A stretch of 64,000 nt of DNA from Octopus bimaculoides. Lineage: Eukaryota. The position numbers and the translations under genes were made by a program. How positions within the stretch are numbered: the stretch's first letter is position 1; each line of letters begins with the position of its first letter. The DNA is taken from positions 147,979,812 to 148,043,811 of the forward strand of contig NC_068981.1 in assembly GCF_001194135.2 (NCBI RefSeq). Reading direction: 5' to 3'. The notes beneath the pieces are model-generated. The model did not search any database, was not told the DNA's origin, and saw nothing but the letters and a program-made list of their open reading frames with translations. This document shows, in pieces, positions 24,079-34,510 of the stretch.

Positions 24079-26768
24079 ATAGGAAGAAAGTAATAACGAG
24101 TGAATGAGAATAACGACGAAGGGTTAAAAAGTGTAAAAATAATTGAGATTGAAATAAAATTGAAGTCAAAACATGAAAAATTATTGAAAGTGGGTAGAAA
24201 TAAAAACTACATAGTGTAGTAGTACTACGCTAGAGTATCTGTAGAAAGTTGAATGTGATTTCGGAATATAACGCGGAAAAATTCGGATCTAAGGAATTTC
24301 CCGAAAGTCCTCTCCCCACCTTAAGATTTTCCCCACAAATTACTTTGTAGTCATAATGTATGCCGTTTCAAAGTTATTTCTATAAAATTTCATTGAAAAA
24401 AACCCCATTTTCCTAGAAGTTATAAGAGAAAAGCTCGGATCTTGTTAATTTTCCGAAGTCCTCTCCCCACCCTCCCGTTGCTTTGCGCGCATTTTTTTTT
24501 TTTAATTTTCATTTCTGGGTCAAAATGTAAACATTAACCTTTTGTGTCTCTAAGTGTCTCTTATATGCCACCAAATAGGCACTTATTACATCCGAAAATG
24601 AAAAGTTGACTTCTGCAGGATCTGAATTCAGAAAGTAAAAGAACTAACTAGATATTATAACACATTTTGTCCACCGTTCTACGATTTTGATGGACATCAA
24701 TTTCTCTAGCACCTACAATAGTATCGATGCTGATTTCTAAAATACATAGAAGGCAACAGATTTTGAAGGACACGACCACACTCCATTAAAATGACTCGAT
24801 TACATCACTAGTACTTTTTTTATTAACTCTGGATGGATGAAAATCAAAATCGACATCTGCGGGATTTGAACTCAAAGTAAAGTTTCGTAACTAAATATAT
24901 CCCGGCAGTTTGTCCCGACACTTAACGATTCTGCCATCTACAGACCAGACACATTGAAAGGAAATCGTCACTGAAAGCAATTTCGTCAATGTTTGAGTAA
25001 GTTCGGCAATAAACGTGTGGTAGTACCGCATCTAAAATATGACATGATCAATTATTCAGCAGGAATGAAGAGTTAGTGTAGTTCAGCCACTTATGACTCA
25101 CTGAAAGCAATCTAGACGGTTTTCAGTTTACATATATATATATGATATAAATTCACGAAAGCCTTATTACTTTGAGTGAGTTCGGCGGTTATAATCTACA
25201 ATCGACTATACATCTAACCCCCAGAATAAAATTGGTTTTCTGTCAAGTCAAACATAAATTATTGTTTTCATTTTGCCGCTAATGCATTTGAGAAATGTAT
25301 GAACATTAAAAATCCTTGTTTCCTTTCCTTCCCTTTATAAAATACAAGGAAAATAATTTTCTGTGATAGCAAATGGAGGCAAATCTCTCTTAGGTCACGA
25401 TTTGGCAGATAGTTTTGCGGAAAGGAAAACAATAAACCAGTTTAAAAACAATGTGAAAGCGTATCGATATTATTAAAGGCTATTTAGAAAAGCATTAACA
25501 TCACACAATCTCATTTTCCTTCCCATTTAATATGCGAAGCCTTATTGTTTAGCCCCAGTTTAACCCTGATCAAGCAGATCTATGAGCAAACTTTCAGTTC
25601 AGCGTTCTTTTGTTTTTGTTGATATTTTTTTCCTGAGCTAATTCGAGAGATTTGGCTGCTATTTCAAGAAAATCGGCTGACAATGGTAGAGGCTTGGCTT
25701 ATTGTGAGATCTTTTAATTATAAAATTATATAATATTATATAAGATCATTAGTGAAATTAATTACGTTCGGTTTTCATTGGAACCTCTAATATATGAATT
25801 TTTGTATGACGGGATAATCTATTTGTTTATTAACATCCAGAAAAAAATATTAATAATTTCTCATTTCATCAATAAATTTGATATTTCATGTGTATGTAAT
25901 AAAATGATTAATGAAAAAAACATTGAAAAAATAAGTAATATCACGATAGCTATCACTATTTGATAAAACTTGTCAGAAAAGCTATGGTGAATTAATTATT
26001 ACATAGAGACAAGGTCACAAATTTATAAGAGGTTAAAGTAGATTGTTTAGCTCTTGTCTTATTTTTGAAAGAGCAATATGAAGTGAGACGATTACAACTG
26101 TGATTCGAAATCAGATTTAGAACTCGGCTCATAGCATCGAACTGGGAGAAACGGTCTTAAACACGTTCATTTGCATTATGGTCCTAAACTTGGTTCTTTA
26201 TACTACACTCCAAAACTTGAATAAAAGATTGCACAAAAGAGACTGAAATCAGTTAAAGAAAACACAGATGCGGAAACTTGTTCCATTGCCTAAACGAGAA
26301 CAAGTGGAAAGAAAATTTAATAAAAGGAATAATAAACTGGTGGTGGTCTGTATCAGAAATTTTATTATTGGTAATATATGAAGCTATTTGAGCTCAAATG
26401 CTGTTGGGAGAAAAATGTTCTGATATTTCATCATCGAGCAGGAGGAAGTAGCTTGTGACATAAATATATTTTCAGCATTTTGACGAAGGACTTGATCTGA
26501 AACGTCAAGATATATTATCCCCACAACTGCACACTAGTGAAAGGAAGAATAATATAGTTGAGTCACTATTATATTAGGTCAAACATCACTGTCTTTGTTA
26601 GTTAAATGTTTTCTTCTTAAAAAGTGATACATATACTGGATAAGAATTGCTGAAGAATTATTGACTCTTTAGAAAATTTAACTACATTTGTGTTTGTGTT
26701 GCCTTTTTTTTTTTTTCATCTTTTGAGTTTACGGCCATAATGTAGAGGATTGGAAATTCCTATAGTAT

Positions 26769-27156
26769 AGCATCGGAAATAATTTAATATGCCAAAAAAA
26801 CGCAATTTCTTCGGATCTATATGTTTTTAAGTAATATAGATCACGAATCCGCAAACAATACTGATGTAGGATGGATTTTTCCGTAACTTTTCAATTTTAA
26901 CTTTCTTTTCAAAACATTTTATCTTCAAATTCATGTTTTAATTATCCCAGATGATGTTTCTTCAAAATAATGCGTAGCCTAAATCCGAAAGAATTTTCAG
27001 AAAAAGTCAGAAACTGAAAATGTATGGAAAAGGGATGCTGACAAATACACCCACATTTCATTTCTTTTATTCATTTAGGTTCATAATTTACAATACTTGA
27101 AACATATAGATCCGAAGAAATTACTGTTTTTGAAGTACTAGTTAATATCCGACTCT
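26769..27156. mobile_element. Non-autonomous DNA element (MITE) with long imperfect TIRs
   Basis: Perfect 23-bp inverted repeat AATTTCTTCGGATCTATATGTTT at 26804-26826 and 27100-27122, extending outward imperfectly. TSD not resolved. Confidence 0.7.
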
Positions 27157-27157
27157 G

Positions 27158-28842
27158 GAGGAATTCAAGACAGGATGCCCCAGGGAGCTCCTCTATGCTG
27201 ATGACCTTGCTCTTATTGCTGAGTCACTATCAGAACTAGAAGAAAAGTTTCAGGTGTGGAAGCAAGGATTAGAATCAAAGGGCCTTAGAGTCAACTTAGC
27301 AAAAACCAAAGTCTTAATAAGTAGGAAGGCAGACAAACCACAAATCCCTTCAGGTAGATGGCCCTGCTCGATCTGTAGAAAAGGCGTAGGTAGAGACTCC
27401 ATAAGATGTACCCATAAGAGGTGCAGCAATATCAAAGGAAGGCTAACTCGGAAGATAGTTTTTGCATGTGGCAGATGCTCAGTAGCAATAAACACTGGAA
27501 ATATGCAGAGAATAACTTCTGTCACATTCCAGGGAGAAAAACTAGAAGTAGTTGATAGCATCCGTTACCTTGGGGACCAAGTCAGTAAGCATGGGTGGAT
27601 GCTCTGAAAGTGTAGCTGTTAGAATAAGAATAGCCTGGGCAAAGTTCAGAGAGCTACCTCTGCTGGTGACCAAGGGCCTCTTGCTCAGAGTAAAAGGTAG
27701 ACTGTATGACGCATGTGTACGAACAGCCATAACTACATGGCAGTGAAACATGGGCCGTGACTGCTGAGGACATGCGTAAGCTTGCAAGGAATGAAGCCAG
27801 TATGCTCCGCTGGATGTGTAATGTCAGTGTGCATACACAACAGAGTGTAAGTATCTTGAGAGAAAAGCTGAACATTAGAAGCATCAGTTGTGGCGTGCAA
27901 GAGAGACGATTGCGCTGGTATGGACATGTGGTGAGAATGGAGGAGGATAGCTGTGTGAAAAAGTGTCACACCCTAGCAATTGAGAGAAACTGTGGAAGAG
28001 ATAGACTGAGGAAGATCTGGGATGAGGTGGTGAAGCACGACCTTCGAACATTGGACCTTACTGAGACAATGACTAGTGACCGAGACCTTTGGAGATATGC
28101 TGTGCTAGAGAAGACCCGACAAACCAAGTGAGACCATAGCATGTGACCTATGCCAGTGGGTGTAACCAGCCCATTTATGAATATCCCTCATTCATTGGAC
28201 AATAAACTTTGCTTTCGAAGATCTGTTGAAGCAAGTGAAATCATTGTCATCGCCATTGACAGTACTACCTGATTGGCACTTATGCCAGTAGAACGTTGAA
28301 AATACCATTTGAGCATGGTCGTTGCCAGGGCCGCTGACTGGCCCCCATGTCGATGGCACGTAAAAAACACCATTCGAGTGCGATCATTGCCAGCATCGCC
28401 TGACTGGCTTCTCTGCCGGTAGCACATAAAAAACATCATTCAAGTGTGGTCACATAAAAAGCACCATTCGAGCGTGATCGTGACCAGCGTCACCTTACTA
28501 GCACTTGTGCCGGTGGCACGTGAAAGACAACATTCCAGCGAGGTTATTGCCAGTGCCGCTGGACTGGTTCCTGTGCTGGTGGCACATAAAAAACACCATT
28601 TGAGTGTGACCGTCGCCAGTACCACCTGACTGGCCCTCGTGCTGGCGGCACGTAAAAAGCACCCACTAAACTCTCGGAGTGGTTGGCATTAGGAAGGGCA
28701 TCCAGCTGTAGAAATTCTGTCAGATCAGATTGGAGCCTGGTGCAGCCATCTGGCTCACCAGTCCTCAGTCAAACTGTCCAACCCATGCCGACATGGAAAG
28801 CGGATGTTAAAATGTTAAACGATAATGATAATGATGATGATG
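27158..28842 (+). mobile_element. 5'-truncated RTE-clade LINE (RT C-terminal half, repeat-containing 3' UTR, (GAT)n tail)
   Basis: EEFKTGCPRELLYADDLAL (RT YADD), GLRVNLAKTKV, FRELPLL, LRWYGHVVRM...KTRQTK stop at 28129-28131; frameshifts at about 27595 and 27740. The 3' end GGCATCCAGCTGTAGAAA...CCAACCCATGCC...ATGGAAAGCGGATGTTAAA is followed by (GAT)n. Confidence 0.92.
28250..28670 (+). repeat. Tandem about 66-bp repeats in the RTE 3' UTR
   Basis: Units start (T)AAAAA(A/G)CACCATT at about 28298, 28361, 28427 (truncated), 28455, 28521, 28587 and 28653. Confidence 0.85.
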
Positions 28843-28844
28843 AG

Positions 28845-28890
<46 letters not shown>

Positions 28891-29355
28891 ATAAATGAGA
28901 TATCACTATAGAGCACCGTACAATGGAAAGAAGCACTGTTTGAACGCGCAAAAATCACTTTTTACTTCATCCTTTTCATGTCAAAATAATTAATTTTTTC
29001 TCATGGATAATCATATATTATTTGAAAGTTCTGACTGTGAACTTTCTTCTCATAGAGTTTTAATTAAAATCCGACAGTTACATATCATGTCAGGGTCCCT
29101 GAAACACTCTGGTATTTCCACACTTTTATAAGAATTGTCCCGTTTATTTATTATTTTTACTGCTAAGCTGGAGTGCTATAACTCGAGTTATGTTGAAAAT
29201 CATACAGTAATGAATAGGAATGTTACTTTATTTTGACATAAAAATCGATGAGGATAGGTCAGATAATCTTTATGAAATATAAAAGTGAACATTTTATCGT
29301 TAACTTTCACCTAGAAAAGAAACATTTTCTTTAAGATTTGTATATAAGAAAAAAA

Positions 29356-30569
29356 GGATCTTTTCTGTTTGGTTGCCAGCATTTCAAAAAATTGTTCATC
29401 GAAAATTTTAAAATTTGGCACATTAATGTAGTTTTCCAAGCTGAATCGCTGGAGCAATTTAACTTTTTCTAGAAAAATGTTTTGAAAAAGTTATAGGGGT
29501 TTAAAGTTTGATCATTTTTACCCAGTCAGGAAACAGGACTTGGAAGCTGTCATTTTGTGTGTGACTGCATGTTTTGTCGTCAACGTCCTGAAAATGGCAT
29601 GTGTTGTCGATATTTGCATACTACATGCGGAAAACAAGTAAATAACACATCTTTTGTAATTTGAAGTATTCAATATGCATTTAATGTGATAGCACGAACT
29701 TAAAAGATTTATCCAAAAACGTTATTTAGCTGTTATTTTTAGTACCAACTTGAACTGGATGATGAAGCAAGTTCTCCGCACATATTTCCTTAACATAGCT
29801 ATTATAATCAACAACTGTGCAATGTTTCATCCCTAGTTCTTCAACACAAAACCGGACTGAAGTCAATTCCTTAACCCATGAGTAAAGGAAAAGCACTACA
29901 GTCCTAAGAGAAAGGGTGCCACCTTCAAATCATGTGTTTTTTTTCACTGACACAGACTCCATGCATTCTCAGCGCGAGCATCGCCAGTACACTTTCCCAC
30001 CACGTCTTCTTGTACTCATAACATGCTTCTTCCTTTTACATAATTTTCTTTTTGGTATAACATCCATTTTTTGTAGGTACGACACAGCAACTACCTTTAT
30101 TCTTGGTGTCACTATCATAGACACACGGTTACCGGAGCTTACTGCCATAACCAAACAGATCGGTAAAATTTTCAGGTGGATAAAAGAGTAGAACACAGCC
30201 TCAACAAGTGGTTTCAGTATATTTGTCCACAGATAGGTAAAATTTCCAGGTGGATAAAACAGTAGAGCACACCATCAACAAGTGGTTTCAATATATTTGT
30301 CAACACATGCTTTCTCACAGACAAAACAATTCTCATGTTCCGCTTGTTACTATGGAAACAAGCATGAATGTGTCTGTGGCTTAGGATTGGCTAAAATTAC
30401 CCCAAATTTTCAAACTTTAATTGCTAATAACTCTAATAACTCTTTATTTATTGATTTAAATCAAAAATGATTTTCATGACATTCATTAGCCTATAGAAGT
30501 GTATCATTACACTGAATAGGAAATCAATTTGAACAGAAATTGACGCTGGCTGCCAAACAGAAAAGATCT
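29356..30569 (-). mobile_element. Internally deleted Merlin (IS1016/IS1595-like) DNA transposon
   Basis: 25-bp TIRs GGATCTTTTCTGTTTGG..GCCAGC (29356-29380; reverse copy 30545-30569). Flanks GAAAAAAA and GGAAAAAA give a 7/8 8-bp TSD. Minus frame at about 30130-29740 reads ...KVYWRCSR*ECMESVSVKKNT*FEGGTLSLRTVVLFLYSW...TVVDYNSYVKEICAENLLHHPVQVG, the zinc-ribbon/HTH N-terminus of a Merlin transposase. A 74-bp tandem pair lies at 30156-30303. Confidence 0.75.
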
Positions 30570-30999
30570 GGAAAAAATTTCTCGCAAATTCAATATGATC
30601 ATTGTTAAATCTGGCCATTAGTTAATGGGTAGCAATTTTCTTCACTACTTCAGGGAGTGACGACCCTGCCTGACACGAGTCCCGAGCTCAGTTGGCTCCG
30701 GCTGACAGTACCCAGTATGGGCCCCTATCCAGGGTTACAGAAAGGAGACAACCTTCAAAGAAATCTGGAGTGGAGCCCCGTAGGTGGTTTAGTGTTCGAC
30801 TCGACACTCTTCCAGCAGCTCCTGCAACCCAGCTGGTGCCAAACGTAATGTTCTGCACTCCTTTGGACTATGTCAGCAAGGTCGAGAGAGGAATCCTGAC
30901 AATTGGGCTACCCAGGATTTTCTTACATCTAGCCCAGGCCTGCGCAAAACTGGAGAGGAAACTGGAGAGGACGTGAAATGTAAAAACCAGACTGGATTG

Positions 31000-31611
31000 G
31001 GATCTTTTTTAAAACGGGGGCCACATTTTTCATTAACGAAACACTTTGAAACTTGGAATACTGGTAGAATGTGTCATATAAAACATCTTTTTCTCTTAGT
31101 CTTCTTAAAAAAAAAGAAATCCATAAGTTATTCCATGTGAAAGTTGTCGTATTTCTGTAATTTCAACCAATCACTGACGTCCATTCAGCCGATATACATT
31201 AAGTGCCGACTNNNNNNNNNNNNNNNNNNNNNNNNNNNNNNNNNNNNNNNNNNNNNNNNNNNNNNNNNNNNNNNNNNNNNNNNNNNNNNNNNNNNNNNNN
31301 NAGGGTTAGGGTTAGGGTTAAAGCAAATTTAAAATGAAAAAAGCAAATAAAACGAAGGTATGGAGATTAAATACGCTTTACATCGCTTAATCAGCCAAAG
31401 GAGTAAATATAAACAACTGAATACTTGTCAGTGATTGGTTGAAATTATCGAAATAAGACAATTTTTTACATGAAATAAATTCGAATACAAAAATATTTTT
31501 CTGTTCTATAACACAAAATAGATAAGTATACGAAGTTTGAAAGTCTTTCCATACCAAAAACACTACGTAAAACATTAATGAAAAATGTGGCCCCTGTTTT
31601 AAAATAGATCC
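31000..31611. mobile_element. Merlin-type foldback MITE
   Basis: 37-bp TIRs GGATCT(T/A)TTTTAAAAC(G/A)GGGGCCACATTTTTCATTAA at 31000-31036 and 31575-31611. Perfect 8-bp TSD CTGGATTG at 30992-30999 and 31612-31619. Internal about 70-bp inverted repeat (about 31130-31195 and 31405-31475); central gap followed by (TTAGGG)n. Confidence 0.88.
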
Positions 31612-33182
31612 CTGGATTGGTTTATGCGCAATTCCATTGTCTCCTGAGACAAAAGGATGCCAACAACAACAAATCTGGCCATGATATGATGAAAAAGCAC
31701 AAAATAATTAAAGAGAGTGGTATACTGATGCTACTTGCTAAACTGACATATTCGTGCGCAGTGAGAGGTCAGCTGGAAGATGAATCCAATGCTTTAAATA
31801 TCGAGTTTGAGCTAGAATTTCAAGAAATGGATGAACTAATAAGTAAACATATATTTCTACAAAAAATGCATTAAATTGAGCCCAAACAGTATGGAATCAT
31901 CGTATTGAGAATGTTGTTTATTCCCTCTCACTATTTTAATAATTTCTGGAGAAATACTGGTCAAATTTCGCCAATGAAAACTATATTGTGCAATGAATAT
32001 AATTTTGTAGACTATTAAAGTCAGATATGATTTTTTTTCCATTCTGAGTACAGTCAATTTGTGTTAGTGTTTACATATTCGTTTTGGGTTTGTTTTTTTT
32101 TTCTTTCTCCTACTAACGAGTTTGTTGTGAGCTACACATGTTTTTAATGTCTTTAATTTATGTTTTTAATGCTTAAAGTAAGGAATTAGTTTTCCCATTT
32201 GGTTGGGGTTTTTTTTTAATTTAAGTCTACGTGCAATTCTGTGAAAAGTACCGATATATAGCCAAAATTGGTTCGAAGGGGAAAGATAGAAAAAAAAACA
32301 AAAAAAAAACATGTTCATAAAAAGCTATCCCCATCATTTCCAAAACCATGATCAAAATAAATAAATAAATAAATAAGGAAAATCCCCGTCAAAATGAAGA
32401 GAAGCCAACTTATATGGGTGTCCTGATCCAAAACTCCATTTATAGCCATTTTTAATAGTTCTTTAAAATTATATTGAAATGGTGTCACAGCCCAAAATTT
32501 CAGGATTTATTTAGTTCTATGACTACTACAAATGTGCCAAAATTCAAGTCCAAGTGGCTTGTATTGTTGAATTTTGCTAGGTTTGAAAAAACTGCCAAAA
32601 AAGTTTTCTTTCCAAGAACCTGAAAAAAAAAAATAGGTAACTACACCATGGTCAATATTAATTTGTGTAATTTGAAGATGATCATCACCTCAGTTTCAAA
32701 GATATGGCATCACAAATATGGCTAATTATTCATTTAGGACAATTAGGCAAAATTTCAACCAATTCGATGACCATTCAATTTGTCATATTTCCTAAAATAC
32801 TCATCCTAGTTTCACAAACGAGATATCAAAATGTTTCTTTTTGGATGTTCTCCAAGAAAAAGTACAGTAGAAATAACATTTAGATATTTTCAAAACTTCA
32901 TAGTGATACCTATCTAATAATACTTAGCTTTCACTGAACACTGGTATAAACCGGAGAACTAGGATGCTAGCATCCCTTAAAGCAGTGTCTGCCAAACTTT
33001 TTTTTACCTTACAACACACTGGGCGAGGAGAATTTATTATGGCACACGATGGTACCGTAAAGGAGATCAGCAGAGGAGAAACCTAAGTCTGTTTTAAAAG
33101 CAGTGTGACAACCAAGAAGAATGATAGGCAGGAATTCTGCCCAAGACTGTAGATCAGGAGCGGTGCGTAGAGTGGCCTTCAG

Positions 33183-34510
33183 TTACCTGAAAAAACTTTC
33201 AACCATCCCGTTGGAAGCTGGATGGTAGCTGGTCGTACGAATGTGATGAATGCCTAGGATTCGTGATAATTCATGAAATAAGGAGGTTTCAAACTTGTGT
33301 CCATGATCAGTGGTTAGTTTAGTTGGGACACCAAAGTGAGCAATCCAGTTAGAAACAAAAGCTCGAGCAACTGACTCAGCGGAAATATCTACTATTGAAA
33401 TGGCTTCAGGCCAACAAGAGAAACGATCGACACATGTCAATATGTAAGAGAAACCACGACTGACAGGCCATGGTCCAACCAGATCAATGTGGACATGGCG
33501 AAAGCAAGTCTCTGGCAGAGAAAACTGTCCAAGAGGAGCACGAATGTGCCTGTGGATTTTAGAACTCTGGCATTTCACACAAGAGCATACCCAAGCGGTG
33601 ATCATGTGGCACATATTAGGTCAGAAAAAGGAAGCCATAATAAGCTTCACTGAGGCAGAAATGCCAGGATGTGACAGTGAATGCAAGGCTGGTTCACATG
33701 TACAAACGGTCTGGGAGAACCAGTAGCTGTGTCACGAAGGATTGTGCCTTCAGCAGACGGAAGTGGAAGATAGGCAAACTTGCAACAGGACAACTTGGTG
33801 GAAGTTAGATCCAATGTGTCCAGAGCTGGCTGATCCTGTGCAATGGCAGTTAAATCAATTGCAGCAAGAGATGAAAGAGAACACACAGGGAGATGAGAGA
33901 GTGCATCAGCAGGCACATTCTCTGTTCCAGGTGTATGCTGAATATCACTCATGAACTGGGAAATGTAGGCCAGGTGGCAACAAGCATGAGGCCAGTGTTT
34001 GTCCAATTTAGATGACAGAACAAATGTAAGAGGCTTGTGATCAGTATAAATCACAAAATCCTGGCCCTCGAGTTGATGTTGAAAATGACGAACCGACAGG
34101 TAGATCGCTAAGAGTTCACAATCAAACGTACTGTAATGACGTTCAGCTGGCTTTAATGGACGAGAAAAAAATGCCAAAGGCAAAGTTTGATTGTTGACAG
34201 TATGTTGCAAAACAGCACCAACCACAGAATCCGATGCATCAACTGTTAAAGAGAGACGAGCATCAGGAACCAGATGTGCAAGCAAAGGAACAGAAGCTAT
34301 TTCCTTCTTGATTGACTCAAAAGAAGATAATGCCTCAGCAGATAGAGTGATAGGAGAATTTTTTTTTTTTTGTATTTGCTTTCAATAGTTGAGTCAAGGG
34401 AAGTAACTTGTCTGCACATTTATGTATGAACCTCCTGTAAAAGTTGACAATTCCCAAGAAGTGACGCAGTTGGCGTAAAAAATTGAGAGGTGAGATGCAT
34501 TGAATTGCAC
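33183..34510 (-). pseudogene. Second Ty3/Gypsy pol fragment (end of RT, RNase H, integrase), related to the 857-3276 copy
   Basis: RQLRHFLGIVNFYRRF; TVDASDSVVGAVL; YSTFDCELLAIY; HVHIDLVGPW; TTSYHPASNGMVE. Frameshifts present and both ends truncated. Confidence 0.92.

Noticed and set aside
23343-24700. One large TIR element defined by degenerate inverted matches (about 23345/24600 and 23445/24690)
   Set aside because: The two match pairs are not nested in TIR order and no TSD was found.
28250-28670. CRISPR-like array of regularly spaced hairpin repeats
   Set aside because: Units are wholly homologous with no unique spacers, lie in a LINE 3' UTR, and there are no cas genes in this eukaryotic context.
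32983-33070. Complete hAT element starting CAGTGTCTGCCAAAC
   Set aside because: Only one terminus is visible; no partner TIR or TSD found.
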